Origin: Synechococcales cyanobacterium OTE_70_metabat_200
Lineage (GTDB): Bacteria > Cyanobacteriota > Cyanobacteriia > Cyanobacteriales > Chamaesiphonaceae
NCBI GenBank assembly: GCA_031375385.1
Contig: JANMHS010000012.1
Span: forward strand, 1,691 to 65,690
Length of the DNA stretch: 64,000 nt
Direction: 5' to 3'
The translations under genes and the position numbers were made by a program. This document shows, piece after piece, positions 33,529 through 43,131 of the stretch. The notes beneath the pieces were generated by a model that saw nothing but the letters and a program-made list of their open reading frames with translations, did no database searches and was not told the origin of the DNA. Each line of letters begins with the position of its first letter. Positions within the stretch are counted from its first letter, which is position 1.

Positions 33529-34290
33529 GTGAAATTCCAAAATAGGTTTAAAAACGTGTTGTCTAATCTGGTAGCAGACTTTCGCATTATTTTCGATCGA
33601 GATCCCGCCGCCCGCAATTGGTTGGAGGTGGTTTTCTGCTATCCCGGCTTGCAAGCTCTGGTAGCTCATCGCTTTGCCCATTTGCTCTACCGGCTGCGCC
33701 TGCCCTTTATCCCCCGCTTACTCTCCCATATCGCCCGTGGATTGACGGGTATTGAGATTCACCCCGGTGCCCGGATTGGGAAGGGCGTGTTTATCGATCA
33801 CGGCATGGGCGTGGTAATCGGAGAAACGGCAATCGTCGGTGACTATGCGCTGATCTATCAAGGAGTCACCCTCGGTGGTACTGGCAAAGAAACCGGCAAG
33901 CGCCACCCCACCGTGGGCCGCAATGTAGTGGTCGGGGCCGGTGCGAAGGTCCTTGGCAACTTACAAATTGGTGACAATGTCCGGATTGGGGCTGGTTCGG
34001 TGGTGCTGCGCGATGTACCTTCGGACTGTACAGTGGTAGGAGTGCCGGGCCGAATTATTTATAAATCTGGGGTGAAGATTAATCCCCTAGAACACAACAG
34101 CCTACCGGACTCGGAAGCGGAAGTGATTCGGGCCTTGCTCGATCGGATTGAGGCTCTGGAAAGCCAGATGCGTCAGCTCTCACCATCCGTGGCGAGAAAC
34201 TCCGAAGCTGTCTCGGCCCTGACCACACCGACCACTTGCCAACTCCAAGACAAGGCAATCCGCCAGTTTCTGGATGGTTCTGGCATCTAA
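33529..34290 (+). CDS. cysE: Serine O-acetyltransferase
   Basis: 253 aa: GIEIHPGARIGKGVFIDHGMGVVIGETAIVGDYALIYQGVTLGGTG...KRHPTVGRNVVVGAGAKVLG. This is the left-handed beta-helix plus SATase core. The start codon is uncertain; the ORF track start is GTG. Confidence 0.92.
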   Translation: MKFQNRFKNVLSNLVADFRIIFDRDPAARNWLEVVFCYPGLQALVAHRFAHLLYRLRLPFIPRLLSHIARGLTGIEIHPGARIGKGVFIDHGMGVVIGETAIVGDYALIYQGVTLGGTGKETGKRHPTVGRNVVVGAGAKVLGNLQIGDNVRIGAGSVVLRDVPSDCTVVGVPGRIIYKSGVKINPLEHNSLPDSEAEVIRALLDRIEALESQMRQLSPSVARNSEAVSALTTPTTCQLQDKAIRQFLDGSGI

Positions 34291-34396
34291 GATCGAGTTG
34301 CATTCGCAGTCATCACCGGAAAGCTCAGTCAGCTACTGATTAGTAGATGAAAAACATCGTTGTGACCTAGAAGAAAAAGTAAATCAAGTATCTGCT

Positions 34397-35092
34397 ATGG
34401 ATGATCACAACGAACTTCAGCAGCGGTTAACCCAGCTAGAGCAAGATCTTCGGGGGCGTGCTTTGCATATCCAGAAGGCCGCGATCGATGAGCTAGCTAC
34501 GCTGCCAGGGTCATTCGTAGTGCCAATGCTAGCCCGCCTGCTCCAATCCACAGATTTTTTGCACCGGCGGGTGGCCGCCATGGGACTGAAGAAACACCAA
34601 ACTGAGGAAGCCTTTCAACTGCTGGCTAAAGCTTTGGCAGAGGAGCAAGATACCAGTGTGGTGGCCGAGGTAGCCGATTGTATCTTTGAATTTGGGCCGA
34701 GGGCGATTCCCCTACTACTGGAGGCTTTTCAGCCAACGGGGCGGTGGTTGTTGCGCCATACGATCATCGCCGTGTTTCTGGATAGCCAGTGTGATTCAGA
34801 ACTGCTGGCCGTAGCTCGGCTAGCTTTGGCAGACACGGTGCAGTCCGTCCAGGAAGTAGCAATTATGGGTCTCGGCCAGCTATTGCAATCACCAGTGCAA
34901 CGGTCAGCTCTGGAGTTACTGGCGGCTCTTTGTACAGACCCAGAGTGGCAGAAACGGATGTGGGCGGCCAGTGCGCTCAAAAATCTGCAAAATTCAGATA
35001 CCAAGGTTTTGATTGCTCAGTTGCAGCAGGACAAACATTTCAAAGTGGTAGCAGTGGCTTTGGCCGTGGCCGATCACTGGGCTAGTAGTTAG
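34397..35092 (+). CDS. HEAT-repeat (PBS-lyase-type) protein
   Basis: 231 aa, all-helical, with repeated units of the form ..RR.AA.(A/G)L...(e.g. FLHRRVAAMGLKK, EWQKRMWAASALKNL). Confidence 0.65.
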   Translation: MDDHNELQQRLTQLEQDLRGRALHIQKAAIDELATLPGSFVVPMLARLLQSTDFLHRRVAAMGLKKHQTEEAFQLLAKALAEEQDTSVVAEVADCIFEFGPRAIPLLLEAFQPTGRWLLRHTIIAVFLDSQCDSELLAVARLALADTVQSVQEVAIMGLGQLLQSPVQRSALELLAALCTDPEWQKRMWAASALKNLQNSDTKVLIAQLQQDKHFKVVAVALAVADHWASS

Positions 35093-36006
35093 TTGTCCGC
35101 AAAAACAGGCGCTAGCTCTACCGGCTCCGTACTATGGAAATGACGGTAGTCGATGAATCGATCGCCGTTGGGCTGGGGCACCACAATATCCACAAACCTG
35201 CGGTCGAACAAAATTTCATGGGTGGCATAGGTATGACGGGCACTGATCGTATAGGCCACCGCATCGTCAATGCCGACGATCGACACCTGGATTTGGGCAT
35301 TGACCGTCTGGAGCGATGATTCGTCATATCCCCAGAGCAAACTTTGGTCATCAATTTGGTGCATAGCCGTCCAAGTGAGGCTGAGAGCGGGAGTGCGGTT
35401 GCGCACCATCTTGAGTTCCTTGACTAGCCGCATCCGCTGGCCTTCGAGAGTCACTTCATCGATCAACAAATAAACCTGGAGCTGGGCCTCAATAATCGTA
35501 TTGCGGCGCTCGTTGGCAATCCGAAACATCAGGGTGGGGATACCATTGTAGGGAGCAATCACCACCTGGTGGCTGAACAGTACTCGGGCTTTGGGATGGG
35601 AGAAGCGGGCATAGGCCAAGCCAGTGACCATAGCAATCAGCAAGAGACTGACGATCGATTCTAAGGTGACCACAAAATTGGCATAGAAGGTGTTGGGATG
35701 GATCACGCCATAGCCGATCGAGGCCAAAGTCTGGACGCTGAAAAAGAAGTAGTCCGCAAAATTTCCCGGTCGCGCTCCTGTCAAGCAGTTGCCACCCAAC
35801 AGATAGGCAGAGGCAAAGAAGCAATTGATCAGGAAATAGGCCAGCACAATGATGCCTACGAAGCCCAGCCACGGAATGGTCAAAAACAAATGAAAGGGAT
35901 CCCGCCAGTAACTATACCAAGCACCCATCCCAGGAATCTCGAACTTGCCATCACGGTTTTTGATTTGGACTAGTTGTGGACGGCGAAAGGGTTTTTTGAC
36001 TGCCAT
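35089..36006 (-). CDS. Inward-rectifier-type potassium channel (KirBac-like)
   Basis: 305 aa. It has a slide helix, two TMs flanking the selectivity filter TLASIGYG, and a C-terminal Ig-like cytoplasmic domain (TLMFRIANERRN..IEAQLQVYL). Confidence 0.85.
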   Translation of the reverse strand: MAVKKPFRRPQLVQIKNRDGKFEIPGMGAWYSYWRDPFHLFLTIPWLGFVGIIVLAYFLINCFFASAYLLGGNCLTGARPGNFADYFFFSVQTLASIGYGVIHPNTFYANFVVTLESIVSLLLIAMVTGLAYARFSHPKARVLFSHQVVIAPYNGIPTLMFRIANERRNTIIEAQLQVYLLIDEVTLEGQRMRLVKELKMVRNRTPALSLTWTAMHQIDDQSLLWGYDESSLQTVNAQIQVSIVGIDDAVAYTISARHTYATHEILFDRRFVDIVVPQPNGDRFIDYRHFHSTEPVELAPVFADN

Positions 36007-36067
36007 TATCCGATCGAGGAATACAAAGACTGCTCTAAGCTAACATGGAAGCTTCTTTCGATCGCGT

Positions 36068-37060
36068 TTGCAATACTACCGCTTAGCTATGAATCAGGAT
36101 TTGTCCGCGACCGTTGATGATGATATTGAACTGGTGGAGCTATGGGCTACAAATAATGGAGCCGGGGTCCGCTTGGATGCTTGGTTGGCGGAGCAACTAC
36201 CGGACTTTTCTCGATCGCGCTTGCAGAAACTGATCGAGCTGGGTCAAGTGTTGGTGGATGGTCAGCCTCGGGATAAGAAATACAAGCTCCAAGGCACCGA
36301 GCAGCTCTCGGTGCGGATACCACCGCCCCAACCCTTGGATCTGGTGCCCGAGAATATTCCCCTAGATATTCTCTATGAAGATGAGCAAATGCTGATTCTG
36401 AATAAGGCGGCGGGGATGGTGGTACATCCTTCGGCAGGCCATGAGACGGGAACCCTAGTTCATGCGCTGCTAGCCCATTGTCCGCTGTCGGCGATCGGTG
36501 GGGTCCAGCGACCCGGCATCGTCCATCGGCTCGATCGGGATACTACGGGGGTGATGGTGGTGGCCAAGACGGATTTTGCCCATCAACACTTGCAGGCCCA
36601 GATTCAATCGAAGGTGGCGCGGCGAGAATATTTGGGGGTGGTCAGCGGTGCGCCCCAGCAACCGGAGGGAATTGTCGATCTGCCGATCGGGCGGCATCCG
36701 ATCGATCGCCAAAAACAAAGCATCCTGCCGATCGAGGCCGGTGGTCGATCGGCCCAGACTCATTGGCAGGTGCTAGAAAGGCTGGGTGATTTTACGCTGG
36801 TAAAGTTTCGGCTAGCGACGGGGCGCACCCACCAGATTCGAGTACATAGTACTCGCCTGGGTTATCCGATCGTCGGCGATCCGCTCTATGGCAATGCCCG
36901 CTCGATCAAGGTCAATTTGCCAGGACAGGCCCTGCACGCTTGGCAGCTAGAGCTGACCCATCCGCTGTCTGGAGGACAAATAGTGGCAGAAGCTCCTTTG
37001 CCGCCCCATTTTGAGAAACTGCTCGCCGTGCTGCGCAGTCGTCAGGGTCGTCATTGGTAA
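36068..37060 (+). CDS. rluD: RluD/RluA-family 23S rRNA pseudouridine synthase
   Basis: It has an S4 domain (RLDAWLAEQLPDFSRSRLQKLIELGQVLVDGQ) and the catalytic motif HRLDRDTTGVMVVAK. The start is uncertain; an ATG at 36089 is possible. Confidence 0.9.
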   Translation: MQYYRLAMNQDLSATVDDDIELVELWATNNGAGVRLDAWLAEQLPDFSRSRLQKLIELGQVLVDGQPRDKKYKLQGTEQLSVRIPPPQPLDLVPENIPLDILYEDEQMLILNKAAGMVVHPSAGHETGTLVHALLAHCPLSAIGGVQRPGIVHRLDRDTTGVMVVAKTDFAHQHLQAQIQSKVARREYLGVVSGAPQQPEGIVDLPIGRHPIDRQKQSILPIEAGGRSAQTHWQVLERLGDFTLVKFRLATGRTHQIRVHSTRLGYPIVGDPLYGNARSIKVNLPGQALHAWQLELTHPLSGGQIVAEAPLPPHFEKLLAVLRSRQGRHW

Positions 37061-37072
37061 CTACCCCTATGG

Positions 37073-37459
37073 CTAGTTCTTGCAGTTTTCTAGAGCAGCC
37101 GTGAGTTTTGCTGCTTGCTCTGCCAAATCTCGGACGATCGGGTGGTCTGAGGTATAACGAGCTCGCTCTAGAACCAATTTACTTTGGACTGCTTGGAGTT
37201 TGGCGATCGCCTCTTGTTCGCAACGTTGTTGGCGCAGGCGCTGCTTTCTGCGGCTTTTAATAGTTCTGGCCTCGGTGGAGTCATTTTCCACCTGTACCTG
37301 GGTTTCCTGATTGTCACAGGCGATCAGGGTGCTCCCGATGGGGGCGATGAGTAGGAAGCAGATGACCCAGCGGCTGACCTGGAAAGTTTGGTTTGGCATG
37401 GCAATCGTCCACATTTTGTTCCTCTCCTCTATGATAGGTTTACTTTTGGTTCTGCGCAT
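37073..37459 (-). CDS. Hypothetical membrane-anchored coiled-coil protein
   Basis: 128 aa ORF with one hydrophobic segment (WVICFLLIAPIGSTLIAC) followed by a charged helical tail. No family was recognised. Confidence 0.45.
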   Translation of the reverse strand: MRRTKSKPIIEERNKMWTIAMPNQTFQVSRWVICFLLIAPIGSTLIACDNQETQVQVENDSTEARTIKSRRKQRLRQQRCEQEAIAKLQAVQSKLVLERARYTSDHPIVRDLAEQAAKLTAALENCKN

Positions 37460-37465
37460 TTTGCT

Positions 37466-38593
37466 ATGGCTTGGTTGAATTTACTGTCGATCGCCCTGAT
37501 GGTGGCCGGTTTAGTCTGGAGTAGTTGGTGGCTAGCCTTTAGTGGCTGTATGTTAGCCCTGGTGCTGTCGCTGCCGGTGATCGTGCGGGCCATCCAGCAG
37601 GAGTTTTTGGATTCTTTGAACCCGGCCCAGCGCCGTCAGGTAGCGGCGATCGTCACTACGCTAATTTCCTTGGTGGTGCTGGCGAAGATTACGGGCTTAG
37701 TGGAGGATATTGGTCGCTGGGCCAAGACTATTCCTTGGGATATTGCCGGGAGCTTGGCGGAATGGACCGGAGCCTTGGGCCAGGTGCTGATTGCAATTTT
37801 GGCAGTCTATATTGCTTGGCGGCAATATGTGATTTCGCGGGACTTGACGATCGAGCAGAACCGCCTCACCACCCAACAAAATGTGTTGACACAGCAACAG
37901 ACGATCGATACCTATTTCCAGGGCATTTCGGACTTGGCTTTGGATGACGAAGGATTTTTGGAAGATTGGCCCCAGGAGCAGGCCTTTGCGGTGGGACGGA
38001 CTGCGGCACTGATGAGCAGCGTAGATGCCAATGGTAAGGCAAAGGTGTTACGGTTCCTCTCCCAATCCAAGTTGCTCAGTCCCCTCAAGCGCGATCGGCG
38101 GTTAGGGCGACCAATGTTCGATGGGGATGGGGGCTATGCCGAAGATCGGGATGCTGGCTTGCGGGTGATCGATCTGGGGGTGATTTTGGCCGGGGCCGAC
38201 TTGGCTCATACGGATTTACGTTGGACAGATTTGAGCGATGCCAATATGATTCGGGCCAATCTGCGCGGTTGCGATTTGGTACGGGCCAATTTATCGCGCA
38301 CGATTCTGTATGGCGCGAATCTGAGCGGTGCGGATCTGAAGGGGACGATGTTCTTCTATGGCCAGGTAGCCACAGCTAGTCCACGCAGTAAGAGCGAAGT
38401 ATCTAACTACGAAATAGGTGCTTTTACAGGAGCCGTGGTGGAAAATGCGGATTTTAGTGGGGCGACCGAAATGAGCGAAGAACAACGATGTTATTGCTGC
38501 ATGTGGGGCGGCGAAAAAACGCGATCGACTGTGCCAGGGGGCTGTCAGGGCATCATCGATCGATTGGCTGAATCCAAAAAAACCAGCGCATAA
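37466..38593 (+). CDS. Membrane-anchored pentapeptide-repeat protein
   Basis: TM helices at the N-terminus are followed by ADLAHTDLRWTDLSDANMIRANLRGCDLVRANLSRTILYGANLSGADLKG. I prefer the ATG at 37466 because the track start 37388 overlaps the divergent gene. Confidence 0.8.
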   Translation: MAWLNLLSIALMVAGLVWSSWWLAFSGCMLALVLSLPVIVRAIQQEFLDSLNPAQRRQVAAIVTTLISLVVLAKITGLVEDIGRWAKTIPWDIAGSLAEWTGALGQVLIAILAVYIAWRQYVISRDLTIEQNRLTTQQNVLTQQQTIDTYFQGISDLALDDEGFLEDWPQEQAFAVGRTAALMSSVDANGKAKVLRFLSQSKLLSPLKRDRRLGRPMFDGDGGYAEDRDAGLRVIDLGVILAGADLAHTDLRWTDLSDANMIRANLRGCDLVRANLSRTILYGANLSGADLKGTMFFYGQVATASPRSKSEVSNYEIGAFTGAVVENADFSGATEMSEEQRCYCCMWGGEKTRSTVPGGCQGIIDRLAESKKTSA

Positions 38594-38760
38594 CTAAATT
38601 ACTCGTACCTTTCACCATTCGGATAGATTGAAACCCCTGTGCATACAGGCCGAGAAGAATGTCAAAGATTATGCTATCCTTCCCAATTGATTGGTAGGAG
38701 AGTAGACCGCAAGACATTTCTCACCAAAGATATAGAATTTTTATATTAATTGGCCGAGGA

Positions 38761-39480
38761 TTGCAGTTGAAAATCTTATTGGTAGAGGACGAGCCGGATT
38801 TGGGATTACTGCTGCAAAAAAACTTGACTCATCATCAATATGTGGTGGATTGGGCACAGGATGGTGAAAAAGCCTGGAATTTACTGACCTTTTCCCAAGC
38901 TAACTACAGTCTGGCGATCGTCGATTGGATGCTGCCCCGGATGTCTGGAGTGGAACTCTGCCAGCAAATCCGGGGTGCAGCCCAGACTATCCCCATTCTG
39001 ATGCTGACCGCCCGCGATCGGATGGAAGACAAGGTTCTCGGTCTGGACGCAGGAGCCGATGACTACCTGGTGAAGCCCTTCGGTCTGGAAGAACTCTTGG
39101 CCAGATTACGTGCCCTACAAAGGCGATCGAATGCTTTTCAACCGCCAAATTTACAGGTTAATGACTTGATTTTGGATTATGGCAACAATGCTTTGCGGAC
39201 TGCCGATACCAGATTAGGTTATCTGGCATCGGTGAATCTCAGTGCGAAAGAATTCCAACTAGTAGAATACTTTCTCCAACATCCCGGCCAGCTACTCAGT
39301 CATGACCAAATCCGCAATCGTGTCTGGGAAATGAATTCCGAAGCTTTTAGCAATATTATTGCGGCCCAGATTCGGTTAGTGCGTAAGAAAATGGCCGAAT
39401 TAGGTTACGAAAACTCGATCGAAACAGTGCGCGGTCTTGGCTATCGCTTTATTCCACCAATACAGCCCCATGCAGAGTAA
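38761..39480 (+). CDS. OmpR-family response regulator
   Basis: It has a REC domain (ILLVEDEPDLG...IVDWMLPRMSGVELC...LMLTARD) and a winged-helix output (LSAKEFQLVEYFLQHPGQLLSHDQI...VRGLGYRF). The track start is non-ATG (TTG). Confidence 0.88.
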   Translation: MQLKILLVEDEPDLGLLLQKNLTHHQYVVDWAQDGEKAWNLLTFSQANYSLAIVDWMLPRMSGVELCQQIRGAAQTIPILMLTARDRMEDKVLGLDAGADDYLVKPFGLEELLARLRALQRRSNAFQPPNLQVNDLILDYGNNALRTADTRLGYLASVNLSAKEFQLVEYFLQHPGQLLSHDQIRNRVWEMNSEAFSNIIAAQIRLVRKKMAELGYENSIETVRGLGYRFIPPIQPHAE

Positions 39481-40813
39481 TAAAGTTTTCAATCGCACCA
39501 GGATTCACTTGGCCACTTGCTATGGGATGGCCATCGGGTCGATCGTGTCCCTATCTGGCTATGCCATTCACTGCGTCATGACCCATGCTTTTGATAATGC
39601 ATTGCGGCAACAGCTAGCAACGGAAACCCAAGTGGATGCAGTCCATCACGCTCTCGAAGCAGTTCTGGTCACCCCAGGCGTGGTTGACCCGGAAGTTACC
39701 AAAATCCTCCCAGGCATTTGCTTCCAAGGCCAAGCTTGTCCACCCCTGACGACTAAGCACAATTCCCAGCTGCACCAACTTGCCAGTCAACAGAATTATT
39801 CCCTGAATTTGCTGAATAAACAGGGAGTATCATTGGCTAGCTTTGGTAATCATACGCCCCAGGACCATATGGCGATGATGGCCCAGAATGCTAGTCCGGC
39901 AACTTACAGTCGCAAGCTTGCGCTCGAAACTAAGCAGGGAGAGGATTGGGGCTATTTACAAGTCAGCCATGCTTTCCATCTATCCTATGAATATCACAAT
40001 GCACTCTGCTCAATTATGTTCTGGGGGGTGCCCTTACTGATTCTGTCGATCATTGCCACCAGTTGGTGGTTGGCCTGGATGGCCATGGAGCCAGTACGTC
40101 AATCCCATGAAAAAATGCAGCAATTCACTGCGGATGCGGCACATGAGCTGCGCACTCCACTCACTGTGGCTCGCACAGCTATCGAAAGTTCGATCGAGTC
40201 GCCGACTTTAGACCCAGAGATCAGTAACTATTTGCAAATAGTGCAGCGCCAAATCACCAATCTCAGTCGCTTATCTCAAGAGCTACTTTGGCTCTCTCGC
40301 TCGACTAGTGCAGAATGTAAGACGGAGCTGGAATCTTGTTGTATGAACGATTTAGTTAACGATTTGGGCGATGAATTATTTGCGCTAGCAATGGAGAAAA
40401 ATATCGACCTGCAAATCCATGTACCCAGCAATTCCATCTATGTAATTGGTTGTAGCGACCAGCTCTATCGGGCAATTGCGAATTTAATTGATAATGCTAT
40501 TCAATATACCGAACAGGCTGGGATCGTCAGAGTCACACTGAGTGCTCAGGAGCAGCGGGCGATAGTTACTGTGATAGATAACGGCATTGGGATGCTCCCC
40601 AAGGATTTATTCCGGATTTTTGATCGATTCTATCGAGTACAGAACGCTCGGAGTAGCTACCAGGGAGACGCTCAATCCAAGTATGCTAGCGGAACTGGAT
40701 TGGGTTTACCGATCGTCCAAGCCGTCGTTCAGTCCCACCGAGGAACTGTTCAGGTAAAAAGCCAAATTGGCAAAGGTAGTATATTCACGGTGCAACTACC
40801 CCTACAGCGCTAA
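39470..40813 (+). CDS. Sensor histidine kinase
   Basis: The H-box is FTADAAHELRTPLT, the N-box IDNAIQYT, G1 DNGIGM and G2 GTGLGLPIV. Two TMs flank a periplasmic domain. The ATG at 39470 overlaps the RR stop codon region. Confidence 0.88.
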   Translation: MQSNKVFNRTRIHLATCYGMAIGSIVSLSGYAIHCVMTHAFDNALRQQLATETQVDAVHHALEAVLVTPGVVDPEVTKILPGICFQGQACPPLTTKHNSQLHQLASQQNYSLNLLNKQGVSLASFGNHTPQDHMAMMAQNASPATYSRKLALETKQGEDWGYLQVSHAFHLSYEYHNALCSIMFWGVPLLILSIIATSWWLAWMAMEPVRQSHEKMQQFTADAAHELRTPLTVARTAIESSIESPTLDPEISNYLQIVQRQITNLSRLSQELLWLSRSTSAECKTELESCCMNDLVNDLGDELFALAMEKNIDLQIHVPSNSIYVIGCSDQLYRAIANLIDNAIQYTEQAGIVRVTLSAQEQRAIVTVIDNGIGMLPKDLFRIFDRFYRVQNARSSYQGDAQSKYASGTGLGLPIVQAVVQSHRGTVQVKSQIGKGSIFTVQLPLQR

Positions 40814-40956
40814 TTTGTGTAGACTGCTACACGTTTGAAAATATCTGGGGGAATAGCGGGCTGGAGTTCGGAGGCGATCGCTACGACGCTTTTGGCTTGA
40901 CTCTCGCCATCATCGTGGCCCGCTATGCTAAGGTGAGCAAAAATTCTCATTGCAGT

Positions 40957-42288
40957 ATGGCCACAACAACTTGGACCAACGCACAGGTGCTAGCCTTGGC
41001 TCCCGATGATAGCTCTATCAAAAGTGGTAAATCCTTGGCTAGTGCCAGTAAATGGCAAAACCTGGGAGCTAGCGACCAGGCGATCTGGGGCGAATGCCAA
41101 GGCAGCGGCAAGAATCCCTACCAATCCTCGATCGACCTGCAAGAAACAGCATTTAAGTGTAGCTGTCCCAGCCGCAAATTTCCCTGCAAGCATGGGCTGG
41201 GACTCTTACTGCTCTATGCCGACAAACCAGAGCTTTTTCCGGAATCCGTCAGTCCGGCCTGGGTCACCGAGTGGCTGTTCAAGCGTGAACAATCGGCCAC
41301 GAAAAAAACCGAGAAACAGCAGGCTCCCAGCGATCCCGCCGCCCAAGCCCAGCGCCAAGCAAAGCGGGAGCAGAAAATCACCGCTGGCTTGGGGGAACTC
41401 GATCGCTGGCTCCAAGACCTGATCAGCCAAGGGTTGGCAGAAATGCCCGCCAAGTCCTATGACTTTTGGGATGGGATGGCCGCCCGCATGGTGGATGCCC
41501 AAGCACCGGGGTTGGCCCGTCGCCTGCGGGAAGCTGCGGGTATTGCCAACAGTGGCGATCCCAACTGGGTGGCGACATTATTGACCGAATTGAGTAAGCT
41601 GCATTTGCTGGTGCGGGGCTATGATCGGCTCACCGAAATGCCCAGCGGTCTGCGATCGGAAGTACGGACGCAAGTGGGCTGGACGATCTCTCAGGATGAG
41701 TTGATAGACTTGGCGGCCCAGGGTGAGGCCGAGATGGTCGAGGGGGATTGGCTAGTGCTGGGCCAGACCATTACGGAAGAAGATGGCGGACTGCGTGCCC
41801 AGAGGATTTGGCTGTGGGGCCAGTCACGCTTTGCCCTGATTCTGAATTTTGTCTATCGTCAAGCGCCACTGGATCTGAGCTGGAAATCTGGGACAGTGGT
41901 GGCGGCTAAGTTGATTTTTTATCCAAGTAGCGCAACCCTGCGGGCGATTGCTATTAATCGCCAGGACAGTTCTGGGCCATTGCCAATGGGGGATACTAAT
42001 CTCAGCCAAGCCCTCCATCGCCATCACCAAGCAGCGATCGCCAATCCTTGGTTGGAAATATTTCCCTGTTTCTGTGCTGGAGTGATTCCCTATCGGCGGG
42101 ATGAAGAATGGTGGATTGTCGATCGGGCTGGCATCACAGTTCCTTTGCAGATCAAAGAACGCAGCGGCTGGCAATTGGCAGCCCTGAGCGGCGGTCTGCC
42201 AGTGGCACTCAGCGGCATCTGGAATAGCTATAATTTCAAGCCGCTAGGAAGCTGGGTGAACAATAGCTATTATGTGATCGGCGATTAA
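40957..42288 (+). CDS. SWIM zinc-finger protein
   Basis: The SWIM motif is CSCPSRKFPCKHGLGLLL. The overall layout matches the SWIM proteins that precede DUF5691 genes. The ATG at 40957 is preferred over the TTG at 40897. Confidence 0.75.
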   Translation: MATTTWTNAQVLALAPDDSSIKSGKSLASASKWQNLGASDQAIWGECQGSGKNPYQSSIDLQETAFKCSCPSRKFPCKHGLGLLLLYADKPELFPESVSPAWVTEWLFKREQSATKKTEKQQAPSDPAAQAQRQAKREQKITAGLGELDRWLQDLISQGLAEMPAKSYDFWDGMAARMVDAQAPGLARRLREAAGIANSGDPNWVATLLTELSKLHLLVRGYDRLTEMPSGLRSEVRTQVGWTISQDELIDLAAQGEAEMVEGDWLVLGQTITEEDGGLRAQRIWLWGQSRFALILNFVYRQAPLDLSWKSGTVVAAKLIFYPSSATLRAIAINRQDSSGPLPMGDTNLSQALHRHHQAAIANPWLEIFPCFCAGVIPYRRDEEWWIVDRAGITVPLQIKERSGWQLAALSGGLPVALSGIWNSYNFKPLGSWVNNSYYVIGD

Positions 42289-42429
42289 CTCAACCATCAG
42301 TTCATGCCTTCATGCTAAAGTTTATAAAGTTGGCAAAGTAAGTGAACCGGTTACAGAAGAGGAGATTGAGACTCACTATTTAGTGAAAGGTCAGCGTACA
42401 GTATCGTAATCACGAGAGGTTATTCCCTG

Positions 42430-43131
42430 ATGGTCAACTCAGTGCAAACTACAAATCGCCTTCCTACGAATGATGGGGGAGTTCTACAACTTCCCTTTGT
42501 TATTCTTCATAATGTCACATGGCAAACCTATCAGGCACTCCTTGCTGATATGGGAGAACACCGTTCTGCTCGCCTTGCCTACAATCACGGCACCCTGGAA
42601 ATTAAGATGCCATCAAAATTACACGAGCTGATAAATCGTCTATTAGAACGTATTATCACCACATTAACAGAAGAACTAGGGATGAATGTGCTGTCTCTTG
42701 GGTCAACAACCTTTGATTCTGAGGAGGTAGAACGAGGAGTTGAGCCAGATTCTTGTTTCTACATTCAAAATGCTGATCGAGTCAATCCCGAAGACAATGC
42801 TCCTCCACAAGATTTCCCACCTGATTTAGTGGTTGAAGTAGATATTACTAGTTCATCGCGGTCGCGCCTAAACATCTACAAGTCCATGGGTGTGCCAGAA
42901 ATCTGGCGTTATAATCGCAAGGGTTTGACAATCTTGCAATTGCATCAGGGAGAATATGTTGAGTGTAAATATAGCTTAACCTTTGAACTACTTTCAGTGG
43001 AAATCCTGGAAAATTTTCTGGAGCGTGGAAAGCAATCCAAGAACCATAATAATTTGATTAATGAACTACGTATCTGGTTACAAGATCAAAACATAGGGCC
43101 AAGACTGGCTGAAGGAGATGATTTAGAATGA
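42430..43131 (+). CDS. Uma2-family (DUF820) endonuclease
   Basis: 233 aa: ...WQTYQALLADMGEHRSARLAYNHGTLEIKMPSKLHE...PDLVVEVDITSSS...NIYKSMGVPEIWRY. Its stop overlaps the next gene's start (ATGA). Confidence 0.8.
   Translation: MVNSVQTTNRLPTNDGGVLQLPFVILHNVTWQTYQALLADMGEHRSARLAYNHGTLEIKMPSKLHELINRLLERIITTLTEELGMNVLSLGSTTFDSEEVERGVEPDSCFYIQNADRVNPEDNAPPQDFPPDLVVEVDITSSSRSRLNIYKSMGVPEIWRYNRKGLTILQLHQGEYVECKYSLTFELLSVEILENFLERGKQSKNHNNLINELRIWLQDQNIGPRLAEGDDLE

Noticed and set aside
37388-37465. N-terminal 26-codon extension of the pentapeptide-repeat gene
   Set aside because: It overlaps the divergently transcribed 128 aa ORF's 5-prime end. The hydrophobic mature N-terminus starts at the ATG at 37466.
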